Shown here piece after piece: positions 26,753 through 35,305 of a stretch of 46,096 nucleotides of DNA (position 1 is its first letter; each line of letters opens with the position of its first letter). Source of the stretch: Minisyncoccota bacterium (GTDB lineage Bacteria > Patescibacteriota > Minisyncoccia > Phycocordibacterales > Phycocordibacteraceae). Made by a program: the position numbers and the translations under genes. The stretch is taken from contig DASWXP010000002.1 in the NCBI GenBank assembly GCA_036405415.1, forward strand, positions 1-46,096, read 5' to 3'. Under the pieces are notes generated by a model. The model saw only the letters and a list, made by a program, of their open reading frames with translations. It made no database searches and was not told the DNA's origin.

Positions 26753-28042
26753 CTACTCGTCTCCGTCGAACCGAACCTTGTAGATATGGGCGGCGATGAG
26801 ATCCGTACCGATCTCGATCTCTTTGCCACTGGCAAGCGTCTTTAGCTTCGCGCGCTTGTAGAGTGTCTCTTCCTCGCCGATGGCGACGAAGTAGGGGATG
26901 CCGCGGCGCACCGCCTCCTTCACCTGGTCCCCGAGCGCGCGACCTCCGGTGTGCACGAGCACGTTCAAGCCGTCTGCGCGCATCTGGTCCGCGAACTTCT
27001 GCGCACGAGCAATATCGTCCTCAGACGGCGTGCCAACGAACAGGTCTGCACCCGGAAGCACCTTCGGAAGAAGATTGTGGGTCGTAAGGAAATCCATCAA
27101 GGTCTCGATGCCGAGTGCGAACCCGACCGCAGGGATCTCCTCGCCTCCAAAGAGCGCTACGAGCTTGTCGTACCGTCCGCCGCCGAGAAGCGAGCGTGGG
27201 TTCTCCGGATTCGTATCGAACACCTCGAACACGAGACCGGTGTAATACAAGAAGCCGCGTGCGATCGTAGGATCGAGCTCCACATTGTCCATGCCGCGCT
27301 CCTTGAACGCTTCGATAAGGCCGAGAAGTTCCTGGTATACGGAATCGACGCCTGCATCTGAGCGAGCTTCGACAAGCTCGAGCGGATCGGTGCCGTTCCT
27401 GCGGTACGCGGCGCGTGCCTCTTCGAATGCTTCTGGCGTCACCTTGTCCTTTCGGTCCACCAGAGACAGGTATTCCGTAACCTGATCTGGAGAGAGCCCG
27501 AGCACCGCGCCTGCCGTATTCATGAGCGTCCTTGATCCTATACGGATCCTGAAGTCTTTCGTGGTCGCGCCGAACGCCTTCAGTATCTCGTACGCCATAA
27601 CCACGGCTTCGCCCTCAGCCATCGGGCCTTTGATGCCCACGATGTCTACGTCCGCCTGATAGAACTCGCGGGAACGCCCCTTCTGCGGGCGCTCGTAGCG
27701 GAAGCGGTTCCCGATAGAGAACCAGCGGGCAGGGAACACGAGCTCCCGGCGCTTCCCGGCGATCATGCGCGCCAAGGTCGGCGTCATCTCAGGGCGCAGC
27801 GTCACGCGCCGCCCGCCGCGGTCCTCGAAGGTATAGGTCTGCTGGCTTACGATCTCCTCGCTGGTCTTCGCCTCGTAGATCTCTGCGCGCTCCAAAGGAG
27901 ACGCCTGGTATTCCTCGAAGCCGTAGGAGCGGAGCGTCCCGCGGATCGTATCGAACGCACTTTGTACCTTCGCCCAGTCCTCAGGGTAGTAGTCGTGCAC
28001 GCCCTTGTAGCTTTCGGTCGAGAGAGGCTTGCGGTCGGTCAT
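26753..28042 (-). CDS. hisS: Histidine--tRNA ligase
   Basis: Class II aaRS motifs: FRYERPQKGRSREFYQ and GGGRYDKLV. A C-terminal anticodon-binding domain is present. Confidence 0.93.
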   Translation of the reverse strand: MTDRKPLSTESYKGVHDYYPEDWAKVQSAFDTIRGTLRSYGFEEYQASPLERAEIYEAKTSEEIVSQQTYTFEDRGGRRVTLRPEMTPTLARMIAGKRRELVFPARWFSIGNRFRYERPQKGRSREFYQADVDIVGIKGPMAEGEAVVMAYEILKAFGATTKDFRIRIGSRTLMNTAGAVLGLSPDQVTEYLSLVDRKDKVTPEAFEEARAAYRRNGTDPLELVEARSDAGVDSVYQELLGLIEAFKERGMDNVELDPTIARGFLYYTGLVFEVFDTNPENPRSLLGGGRYDKLVALFGGEEIPAVGFALGIETLMDFLTTHNLLPKVLPGADLFVGTPSEDDIARAQKFADQMRADGLNVLVHTGGRALGDQVKEAVRRGIPYFVAIGEEETLYKRAKLKTLASGKEIEIGTDLIAAHIYKVRFDGDE

Positions 28043-28312
28043 GTATGGATTCTAGCAAACGAAACGCCCCGCCGACACAGTGGTCGACGGGACGCGGGCC
28101 TCAGGCGCAGGCTGCGCCCCCGAGCATCAGGTCCAGCCTCAGTTCTTGAGACGGATTCCTGTTGGCCCGTGCCACCTTGTGGCAGTGCCTCGTCAGGGGA
28201 CCCTTCGGGTCCAGAGGAAACGGACGTTGCCGGCTGCTCATGGCGGCCGGCTTCTGGTGCGAACCTATCACTTTCTTTTTCTCCCTTGCTGGTTCCGTCG
28301 ATGATTATAGCA
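28043..28312 (-). promoter_or_regulatory. hisS promoter, ~255-nt structured leader and leader terminator (attenuator/riboswitch-like)
   Basis: On the minus strand, an extended -10 TGCTATAAT lies at 28312..28304. Several GC hairpins follow. The terminator is CGUCCCGUCGAC-CACUGU-GUCGGCGGGGCG + UUUCGUUUGCU (28094..28054), which ends about 12 nt before the ATG. Its two G.U pairs form only in the minus-strand RNA. Confidence 0.55.
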
Positions 28313-28320
28313 CGGAATCG

Positions 28321-28893
28321 CTAGGTGTGCATCCCTATGAAGGTGGCGCTTTTGTCGCGGTACTGCGCCGCGATCTCGCTCATGATGAGGTCGCGCATGC
28401 CCTGCGGGTCGTCGATGCCGTCCATGACGAAGTTCTTGGACGCGGTGCCCGCGGTCTGCACCCGCACGTGCCCGTACCCGAGGAGGTCCGCGAAGATCCC
28501 GTTCACCTCCGTCGTGACGTCCTGGACGCGGATCAGGTGGAAGCTCGCCACCTCGCGCGCGAAGAAGCCGTGCTGCCGGATGCGCACGATGCGCAGCGTC
28601 GTGATGACCCAGTGGTTGAGGTAGTACTGCGTGAACGAAGTGAACGCGCCGATCCACAACGACAGCCACCACAATCCGAGGAACAAGCGGAACCACGGAT
28701 TTCCGGGCGTGAGGCTCTGAAGCAGGGGCGCGGTTCCCGGATTCGCCGCGGCCATTCCCGTAAGGAAGGAGATAAGCAGCGTCGGGAGGAACGCGAGGAG
28801 CGCGTACGGGAGGAGGGACAGGAGAAGCGCGAACCAGTGCTTCCTGACGGTCCTGATCACGCGCTCGCCCTCTTCTAGTTGGAATTCTTCCAT
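28321..28893 (-). CDS. Membrane protein with a bacterial PH (bPH_2/YdbS-like) domain
   Basis: EEGERVIRTVRKHWFALLLSLLPYALLAF, two TM helices, then HWVITTLRIVRIRQHGFFAREVASFHLIRVQDV. Confidence 0.7.
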   Translation of the reverse strand: MEEFQLEEGERVIRTVRKHWFALLLSLLPYALLAFLPTLLISFLTGMAAANPGTAPLLQSLTPGNPWFRLFLGLWWLSLWIGAFTSFTQYYLNHWVITTLRIVRIRQHGFFAREVASFHLIRVQDVTTEVNGIFADLLGYGHVRVQTAGTASKNFVMDGIDDPQGMRDLIMSEIAAQYRDKSATFIGMHT

Positions 28894-28896
28894 AGG

Positions 28897-29139
28897 CTAT
28901 AGGGGAAGGCCGCTTCCGGCATAGCTTGCGAGCAGCCACGATACCGCTACGTGCGTGATGAGCGCAGGGATCGCTACCGCAGAGCGGTGCCCGTAGCGCA
29001 GCCAGTGGTACGCGGACACGACCGTATAGACGAGCCACACCGCCGCAAGCGCGAGCAGGATGATCGATATGACGCTCTGGACGTTCGCGCCCGCAAGGAA
29101 CGCGGGCACGGGAAGCGGATTCAGGGGCTCCTGCATCAC
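28897..29139 (-). CDS. Small membrane protein (80 aa), unknown function
   Basis: Two predicted TM helices. It overlaps the prmC stop by 4 nt and is followed 3 nt later by the bPH gene. Confidence 0.5.
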   Translation of the reverse strand: MMQEPLNPLPVPAFLAGANVQSVISIILLALAAVWLVYTVVSAYHWLRYGHRSAVAIPALITHVAVSWLLASYAGSGLPL

Positions 29140-29876
29140 TTGTAGTATCCCACGGCCACACGGGGGCGGCCATACAGGTCCGTGCGTATCTCAGCGCTCT
29201 TTGCGCCATGCGTAAGAAGCAGCTCCCGCGCTTCCTCGATGTTATCGATATCGCATTCCATCCAGAGCTCGCCGCCCTCATTTATATGAGCCGGCGCGTC
29301 TTCTGCGATCCTACGGATAACCGAAAGGCCGTCTTCGTCTGCGAAGAGCGCTTCTGTAGGCTCATACGTCGTAACGCTCGCGTCGAGCGTCCTCTTAGAA
29401 GGGATGTACGGAGGGTTGGTGGCGACGATATCGAACCGTTTTCCGACAATCGCTTCGAAGAGGTCGCTTTGGTACATCGTTGCGCGATCCGCATCAAGGC
29501 CGTTCGCCTCGATGTTCTTCTTGATCTGTTCTACGTGCGAACTCACGAGCTCCGCGAACGTAACCTTCGCATTCGGGAATCGCGCGAGCACCGAAAGCCC
29601 TATAGCGCCCGAACCTGCGCACAGGTCGAGGAGGGAGAACGGGCGGTCCTTGAAGCGCTCCTCAAGGCGCGCGCACAGCGCCTCCGTCCACCACTCCGTC
29701 TCAGGGCGTGGAATCAAAGGACGTGAATCAAGCCCGATGCGAAGACCCAAGAAGGGGACCCAGCCGATGATATAGGCGAGCGGCTCGCCTTTCTCAAGGC
29801 GCGCGAGGTCTTCGGTAAGATTGGCGTTCTGGTCTCCTGCGTACTTGTCGCGGATAAGGAGGTCCTGGTCGGTCAT
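29136..29876 (-). CDS. prmC: Release-factor glutamine N5-methyltransferase (HemK/PrmC family)
   Basis: Motifs: SAM motif LDLCAGSGAIG and catalytic VATNPPYIP. Confidence 0.85.
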   Translation of the reverse strand: MTDQDLLIRDKYAGDQNANLTEDLARLEKGEPLAYIIGWVPFLGLRIGLDSRPLIPRPETEWWTEALCARLEERFKDRPFSLLDLCAGSGAIGLSVLARFPNAKVTFAELVSSHVEQIKKNIEANGLDADRATMYQSDLFEAIVGKRFDIVATNPPYIPSKRTLDASVTTYEPTEALFADEDGLSVIRRIAEDAPAHINEGGELWMECDIDNIEEARELLLTHGAKSAEIRTDLYGRPRVAVGYYK

Positions 29877-29927
29877 ATACCCACTCTACCGGATTCGATA
29901 CCTACGGGAAGGGTATAGTGTCTCCAT

Positions 29928-30362
29928 ATGCATGCCTTCTGGAATCTTATCTTCACCCTCTTCTTCATAGCGCTCGTCGCGCTCTCGTTCTCCTGGCTTT
30001 CGGGACAGGGGCTTCTCGTAACGGACATTCCAGCGTTCCATCTCGTATTGCTTTCGTTCGCGACATTCCGCCTCGTGCGCCTCTTCACCTACGACCACAT
30101 CATGGAGCCGGTACGCTCCTGGCTTTCCAGGTTCCAGGAGCGCACGTTCCTCGGCACGGGCGCCGCGCTCCTCAAATGTCCGTGGTGCACAGGCATGTGG
30201 TTCGCGTTCCTTGCGTACGTAGGATACGCGGCGCTCCCGAGCGTGGTGCTCCCGATCGCGCTCATCCTCTCGGTCGCAGGCATCGCCTCCTTGTTCCAGC
30301 TCCTCGCGAACTTTATCGGCTGGAGCGCCGAAGAGAAGAAGCAACGCGTAGAGCGCATGTAA
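29928..30362 (+). CDS. DUF1360-like membrane protein
   Basis: Multiple TM helices and the motif KCPWCTGMWFAF. Confidence 0.6.
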   Translation: MHAFWNLIFTLFFIALVALSFSWLSGQGLLVTDIPAFHLVLLSFATFRLVRLFTYDHIMEPVRSWLSRFQERTFLGTGAALLKCPWCTGMWFAFLAYVGYAALPSVVLPIALILSVAGIASLFQLLANFIGWSAEEKKQRVERM

Positions 30363-30367
30363 AAAGG

Positions 30368-30396
30368 AAAAGGCCCCTCATAAAGAGGGGCCTTTT
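30368..30396. terminator. Bidirectional intrinsic terminator
   Basis: AAAAGGCCCCTC-ATAAA-GAGGGGCCTTTT between convergent genes. Confidence 0.85.
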
Positions 30397-30408
30397 CCGT
30401 AAGGGAGA

Positions 30409-30780
30409 CTAGTAGCCGCCCTGGTAGCCACCGTTGGAGCCGCCGCCGAAGCCGCGACCACCACCGAAGCCACCACGGTCACCGCCGCCGAAGCCGCGAC
30501 CACCACGGTCACCGCCAGCTGGGCGGTCACCCTGAGGACGTGCCATGGAGACCGAGAGCATGCGCCCGTCGAGCTCCTTGCCGTCCCAGCGGTCGATAGC
30601 AGCCTGGGCCTCAGCCTCGGATGCCATCTCCACGAAGCCGAAGCCACGGGAACGACCGGTCATGCGGTCCATGATAATGCTTGCGGACGTCACTGCGCCT
30701 GCCTCCTCGAAGGCGGTGCGGAGCTCATCCTCGGTCGTGCGGTACGGGATACCTCCGACGTAAAGTTTGCTGTTTGCCAT
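30409..30780 (-). CDS. RRM-domain RNA-binding protein with a C-terminal RGG/Gly-rich tail
   Basis: Track ORF is trimmed to MANSKLYVGGIPY (RNP-2). RNP-1 is RGFGFVEM. The tail is GDRGGRGFGGGDRGGFGGGRGFGGGSNGGYQGGY. Confidence 0.88.
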   Translation of the reverse strand: MANSKLYVGGIPYRTTEDELRTAFEEAGAVTSASIIMDRMTGRSRGFGFVEMASEAEAQAAIDRWDGKELDGRMLSVSMARPQGDRPAGGDRGGRGFGGGDRGGFGGGRGFGGGSNGGYQGGY

Positions 30781-30947
30781 GTGGCTGTTGAATTCTTTCT
30801 TGAGTAACCTCGCCGATGCCGAACGCCAGGAGCAATTTGGAGTTTCTGCGAGTTCTTTTGAGTATGCTATAGATTCGCTGAAAACGCAATGAACGGGGCG
30901 CAGGAGAGGGGATAAGAGCCCGGTCAATTTGAAAACTACAATATATG

Positions 30948-30956
30948 TGTTAGAAT
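30948..30956 (+). promoter_or_regulatory. Extended -10 element TGtTAGAAT
   Basis: It lies about 50 nt upstream of ATG 31008. It overlaps the 10-bp palindrome AGAATATTCT and is followed by the hairpin AGCGCC-TCGA-GGCGCT (30963..30978). Confidence 0.4.
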
Positions 30957-31007
30957 ATTCTCAGAGCGCCTCGAGGCGCTTGTTGCTTTCACAGGGAACT
31001 ACGAACG

Positions 31008-31826
31008 ATGAAATATGCTCAGTATCCTGAGAGATACCAAATCCAGGACGCCGAGCGGCAACTGGAAATGCTGAGAATGCTCTGGCCGTCACTGGACACG
31101 AGCTTTGCTGAGGAATACGTCCGGGATATGCTTCCCAAACTCCGGATCCCGAAGGGTGCTGAAGGCCTCTTCTGCATCGTGAATCCCGCATTCTTCGGAG
31201 AGCGGCATGAAGCGGTACGGGAGATCCTGAAAACCCTGGGCGAGCGGGCGGGCAGAAGCCGCGCAGCAAGACGTGTCCGCAAAAAGACCACGTCACGCTT
31301 CGTCAACGAGCTGGCTGTTCGGCACAAGGGCAAGCTGGGCGCGGACTCGATCCGTGTCCGGACGCACACGGACCTCGCGGAGCGAGCAATCGCACTGCAT
31401 CAGCCGGGCGACGTGTGGGTCATACCCGCGCAATTCGGCCGGCTGCACCGGACCCGGTCCGCAACTCGTGTTCGCGAGCGGATCCTGGATCAGACCGAAG
31501 CACCCGGGTCGGAATTCGGCCTCGGCATCGCTGCGGTCGGATGCATGACGCTGTTGCACCCGAATCGGTTCACGGCGTGCTCGCCGCTCCAGGCTGAATG
31601 CATGGGCGACCGCGTAGCACACTCTCCGCTGCGTCCGATGGTCTTCAGGCGCGCCGACGAGAGAGAAGCCGACTTCCGGAGACGTGAAGCGAAAAGCCTC
31701 GAAAGGAGCCTGAACTTCACTCCGTTCTTCGGGGTGCACAATCGCCAGCTCATCCTCGATGCGTTCGATTCGGACTTCAATGTTCCCACCGCAGGGGTCG
31801 TTACGGGATTCGTCCCGTACCACTGA
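31008..31826 (+). CDS. Hypothetical protein (272 aa), no family recognised
   Basis: It is the longest ORF at this locus, bracketed by a promoter-like element and a strong terminator. Its composition is protein-like. Confidence 0.55.
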   Translation: MKYAQYPERYQIQDAERQLEMLRMLWPSLDTSFAEEYVRDMLPKLRIPKGAEGLFCIVNPAFFGERHEAVREILKTLGERAGRSRAARRVRKKTTSRFVNELAVRHKGKLGADSIRVRTHTDLAERAIALHQPGDVWVIPAQFGRLHRTRSATRVRERILDQTEAPGSEFGLGIAAVGCMTLLHPNRFTACSPLQAECMGDRVAHSPLRPMVFRRADEREADFRRREAKSLERSLNFTPFFGVHNRQLILDAFDSDFNVPTAGVVTGFVPYH

Positions 31827-31832
31827 TTCCTC

Positions 31833-31861
31833 AAAGGCCGCCTCTCCGGAGGCGGCCTTTT
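31833..31861. terminator. Bidirectional intrinsic terminator
   Basis: AAAGGCCGCCTC-TCCG-GAGGCGGCCTTTT between convergent genes. Confidence 0.85.
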
Positions 31862-31864
31862 CAA

Positions 31865-32563
31865 TTACTTCGCGTGCGCCTGGAGCTCGCGTATCGAGCG
31901 GTTCCGGTGGATGAGCTCGTCGTTACGGATCGACTCGAAGAGCTCGTACTCGTTCCGAGGATACCTGCCGTAGAAGGCGAGGAAGTCGGACAGGACCGGC
32001 GTATCGCGCAATCGCGCGCCCTCGCGGGTGAGGAATTCCTGGTACTGGTGGTACGCGTGGTTCTCGAAGAGATAGTTCAATTCGAGCGCCGCGCGTCGGG
32101 AGAGCATGTAGAGGACGTAGATGGTCCAGAAATAGAAGAAGGCGAACAGGAGCGGGATGAGCGCGTGGCGGATCGGGCCGTCGCACTTGAGGCGCTTGCA
32201 GATGTGCGCGAGCACCACGACGTGCATGGTCTCGTTGTCCTGCGCCTCGCGGGAAAACCGGGAGGTCTTGGTGAGCTCGATGGCGCGCTCCTCGTTCGCG
32301 TAGAGCGCGGTCAAGAGGGAATACGTCGCCACCTCCCAGGACTGATACGGGATGCGCGCGATGACCTCGATCGCCTTGAACTTCGAGTACGACGGCTTCT
32401 TGCCGTACACGAGCGTGCCCGAGCCGACGAGGATGGCGCCGAGCACCCGCGCTACGATCCCTGGCTTGTACGCGTCATACGCGCGCGCGTACTCGGCGCG
32501 CAGCACCGGGTCGTTTAACTCTTTTACGAGCGCTTCATGCGCGCGGAACTCCTCCTCGTTCAT
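31865..32563 (-). CDS. Alternative oxidase (AOX/PTOX)-like di-iron carboxylate protein
   Basis: Four motifs in the order expected for AOX: IEVIARIPY (cf. LETVAAVPG), DNETMHVV (cf. NERMHL), FENHAYHQY (cf. LEEEAxxxY), IRNDELIHRN (cf. RADEAHHR). The 232 aa size fits bacterial AOX. Confidence 0.7.
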   Translation of the reverse strand: MNEEEFRAHEALVKELNDPVLRAEYARAYDAYKPGIVARVLGAILVGSGTLVYGKKPSYSKFKAIEVIARIPYQSWEVATYSLLTALYANEERAIELTKTSRFSREAQDNETMHVVVLAHICKRLKCDGPIRHALIPLLFAFFYFWTIYVLYMLSRRAALELNYLFENHAYHQYQEFLTREGARLRDTPVLSDFLAFYGRYPRNEYELFESIRNDELIHRNRSIRELQAHAK

Positions 32564-32575
32564 ACGGGTAATCTA

Positions 32576-34234
32576 TCACGCGCTGATCATGGACCGCTCG
32601 ATATCCTCGAACGTGCCGCCGACCTTCTTTCCCGGATTGAAGATGCTGTTCGGGTCGAATATCTCCTTCGTGCGCGCAAAGAGCGCGACCATCTCGCTCC
32701 CGAAGAGCTGCGTGAGGTACGGCGTACGGATGATGCCGTCGTTGTGCTCGCCGGTGGTGGTGCCGCCGTACTGTATGACGAGGTCGTAGACTCTCGGAGA
32801 AAGTTCGAGGATAACCTTTCTGGTCCTTTCGTCCTTCATGTTCATAAGCGGGATGATATGGAAATTCCCGTTCCCGATGTGCCCGGCGATGGTGTAAAGG
32901 AGATCGTACTCGGCAAGGAGCGCGTTCAGTTTGGGCATGAACTCTGGATAGGAAGATGGCGGCACCACGAAGTCGTCGATGAACGGCGCGGCGTAGAGTC
33001 CTTTCGCGTTCTTCCGGAGGAGCGCGAACGATTCGCGCCGCACCTTCCAGTATTTCGCGGCCGCCTGCTCGTCGCGCGCGATGCGCGTCTGTACCGGAAG
33101 GTCCGCGAGCGACAATTCCGCCTTCCTCGCCTGGAACAGCGCCTGCTCGCGCGCGTCCTCCGAGAACTCGGCCATGAGGACGAGCTTTGGCACGCCGCCT
33201 TTGAGCACCATGCCGAGTTCAGGCAGGAAGGAGAGTCCGAGCTTAGTCGCACCCGCGAGCCCCATCTGCGAGAGCATCTGCGGCAGGAACTTCATCGCGA
33301 GCTCGAAGGTGTGGTCGTCATAGGACTCGAAGGATTCCGGATTGAAGGGAAGCACCCGCTTCACGATCTCAGGAAGGATCGTGATGTCGTCGAGGAACAC
33401 CACGAGCATGCTCCGGTATCCCTGCTCCTTCACGAGCCGGAGCTTCGCGCGCGTCATAAGGGCGAGCGTGCCCTGCGCGCCGCACAAAAGCTTCGCGAGG
33501 TTCATGCTCCCGTCCTCCCGCATCACGTCCCAGAGCGCGTAGCCGGCTGAGTTCTTCGAGACTTTGGGACGCGCTGCTTCGATCGCCGCGCTGTTCTCCA
33601 TGATGAGCGCGCGGATGTCGCGATAGATGCGGCCCTCGAGCGTATCCTCTGATACTTTCTCATCAACCTCCTCCTTCGAGAGCTCTTTGAACGTCGCCTT
33701 CGAGCCGTCTGAGAGCACCACGTCCATCTCGAGCACGTAGTCTCGCGTTTTCCCATATTCAAGGGAGCGTTCGCCTCCGGAATCGTTGTTCACGATGCCG
33801 CCCATGGCGCAGAGCTCGCGGGACGCGGGGTACGAGGGCATGAGCTGGCGGCCTTCCTTGAGCGTGGCCTTCTCGAAGTCGCGATAGAAGGCGCCGGGTT
33901 CGGTATATGCGTAGCCTTCGCGCACCTCCACCGCACTCATGTACTTCGTGAACACCGCCACTACGGAATCCGTGAGCGGGCCGCCTGACATGTCGGTGCC
34001 CGCGGCGCGCGCCGTAACGGACGCATCCATGCCGTCCTTCTTCGCTCCTGCGATGGTACGCACGAGCGTCGATACGTCATCCGCATCCTTCGGATACACC
34101 ACAACGGACGGCGTGCGTGAGAAAACGCTCGTGTCGCGCGAGAAAGAAGCGCGGGACTTCGCGTCGTCTAGGACGTCTCCTTTGATCGATGCGCTGATGC
34201 GATCCTTGAGTCTCGTGTCAGTCACTGACGCCAA
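32576..34234 (-). CDS. FAD-linked oxidase/dehydrogenase (GlcD/D-lactate dehydrogenase-like, PCMH-type FAD domain)
   Basis: Motifs: VVYPKDADDVSTLVR...ARAAGTDMSGGPL, and the C-terminal region GGTTTGEHNDG. Confidence 0.8.
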   Translation of the reverse strand: MASVTDTRLKDRISASIKGDVLDDAKSRASFSRDTSVFSRTPSVVVYPKDADDVSTLVRTIAGAKKDGMDASVTARAAGTDMSGGPLTDSVVAVFTKYMSAVEVREGYAYTEPGAFYRDFEKATLKEGRQLMPSYPASRELCAMGGIVNNDSGGERSLEYGKTRDYVLEMDVVLSDGSKATFKELSKEEVDEKVSEDTLEGRIYRDIRALIMENSAAIEAARPKVSKNSAGYALWDVMREDGSMNLAKLLCGAQGTLALMTRAKLRLVKEQGYRSMLVVFLDDITILPEIVKRVLPFNPESFESYDDHTFELAMKFLPQMLSQMGLAGATKLGLSFLPELGMVLKGGVPKLVLMAEFSEDAREQALFQARKAELSLADLPVQTRIARDEQAAAKYWKVRRESFALLRKNAKGLYAAPFIDDFVVPPSSYPEFMPKLNALLAEYDLLYTIAGHIGNGNFHIIPLMNMKDERTRKVILELSPRVYDLVIQYGGTTTGEHNDGIIRTPYLTQLFGSEMVALFARTKEIFDPNSIFNPGKKVGGTFEDIERSMISA

Positions 34235-34245
34235 GTATAGCGCGA

Positions 34246-35238
34246 CTACGCGCGCTTGCGGTGCGCGATCGAAGACCAGTACGCGGCGAGGATGAACGCG
34301 AGGCCGATGGTGCCCGTCAGGATCTCAGGCACGTGCGTCACGAGGCCTGCGAACATGCACAGCGCGAGCCCGAGGATCGCCCAGTGCGCGCCGTGCTCGA
34401 GGAAGGTGATCGTCTCGAGGGTTCGCTTGCGCACGAGGAAGATCGTGATGGAGCGCACGAACCACGCGCCGATGCCGAGACCCGCGACGATGATCGGGAG
34501 CGAGGTCGTGAGCGCGAACGCCGCCACGACGCTGTCGAGCGAGAACGCCGCGTCGAGCACCTCGAGGTACATGAAGAGCGCAAGCCCACTCTTGGCTACC
34601 ACACCCTCGTCCACCTCGATGGAGAACGCGCTCGTGATGCCCTGCATCACGATGAAGAGCACGATGCCGATGATGCCCGCGACGAGCACGGTCGCTTCCG
34701 TGCCTGCCGGAACGAACAGGGAGATCGCGCCGATCGCGGAGAGCGCGACCGCGATCTCGATCGCCTCGATCCGGCCCCACTTGGAGAGATGATGCTCCAC
34801 GACGCGTAGCCAATGCGTGGTCTTCGCGCTGTTGAAGAAGTACTTCAATGACACCATGAGGAGGAACGCGCTGCCGAAGGCGTAGATGCCGTACTTGGCG
34901 CCGGAAAGGAGCTCTCCGTATGCGCCCGGATCGCGAAGCGCGAGCTCGGCAACCGCCCACGGACTCACCAGCACGCTCGCCGCCACGATGAGGACCGGGA
35001 GCACGAGGCGGGTGCCGAAGACCGCGATCAGGATGCCCCAGGTGAGGAAGCGGTTGCGCCACTTCTCGTCCATATCCGCGAGCACGCGCGCGTTCACTAC
35101 CGCGTTATCGAACGAGAGCGTGACCTCGAGGACCATGAGGAGAAGCGCGGTCACGAACGCGCCGAACCCGAGATAGAACCAGATGAGTCCGAGGATGATC
35201 GCGGACACCGCGATCGGCACGGAAAAGAATTTCAGCAT
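34246..35238 (-). CDS. TerC/DUF475-family integral membrane protein
   Basis: Duplicated motifs LEVTLSFDNAVVNA and LEVLDAAFSLDSVVAAFA, with about 9 TM helices. Confidence 0.7.
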   Translation of the reverse strand: MLKFFSVPIAVSAIILGLIWFYLGFGAFVTALLLMVLEVTLSFDNAVVNARVLADMDEKWRNRFLTWGILIAVFGTRLVLPVLIVAASVLVSPWAVAELALRDPGAYGELLSGAKYGIYAFGSAFLLMVSLKYFFNSAKTTHWLRVVEHHLSKWGRIEAIEIAVALSAIGAISLFVPAGTEATVLVAGIIGIVLFIVMQGITSAFSIEVDEGVVAKSGLALFMYLEVLDAAFSLDSVVAAFALTTSLPIIVAGLGIGAWFVRSITIFLVRKRTLETITFLEHGAHWAILGLALCMFAGLVTHVPEILTGTIGLAFILAAYWSSIAHRKRA

Positions 35239-35264
35239 ATCGGAAGATTCTAGCAGATGCAGAC

Positions 35265-35291
35265 AAGGGCCCGGCGTGGTGCCGGGCCCTT
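35265..35291. terminator. GC hairpin between two minus-strand genes (weak terminator or processing site)
   Basis: AAGGGCCCGGC-GTGGT-GCCGGGCCCTT. There is no clear U-tract. Confidence 0.4.
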
Positions 35292-35305
35292 CAAAGCCTT
35301 ATTGC

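Noticed and set aside
28180-28235. SRP (4.5S) RNA-like string on the plus strand of the hisS leader: CGUCAGG-hairpin-AGAGGAAACGGACG
   Set aside because: The conserved helix-8 features are absent: there is no GGAA tetraloop and no AGCA symmetric-loop strand. No plus-strand promoter is visible. The G.U pairs in the adjacent terminator indicate the functional RNA is the minus strand.
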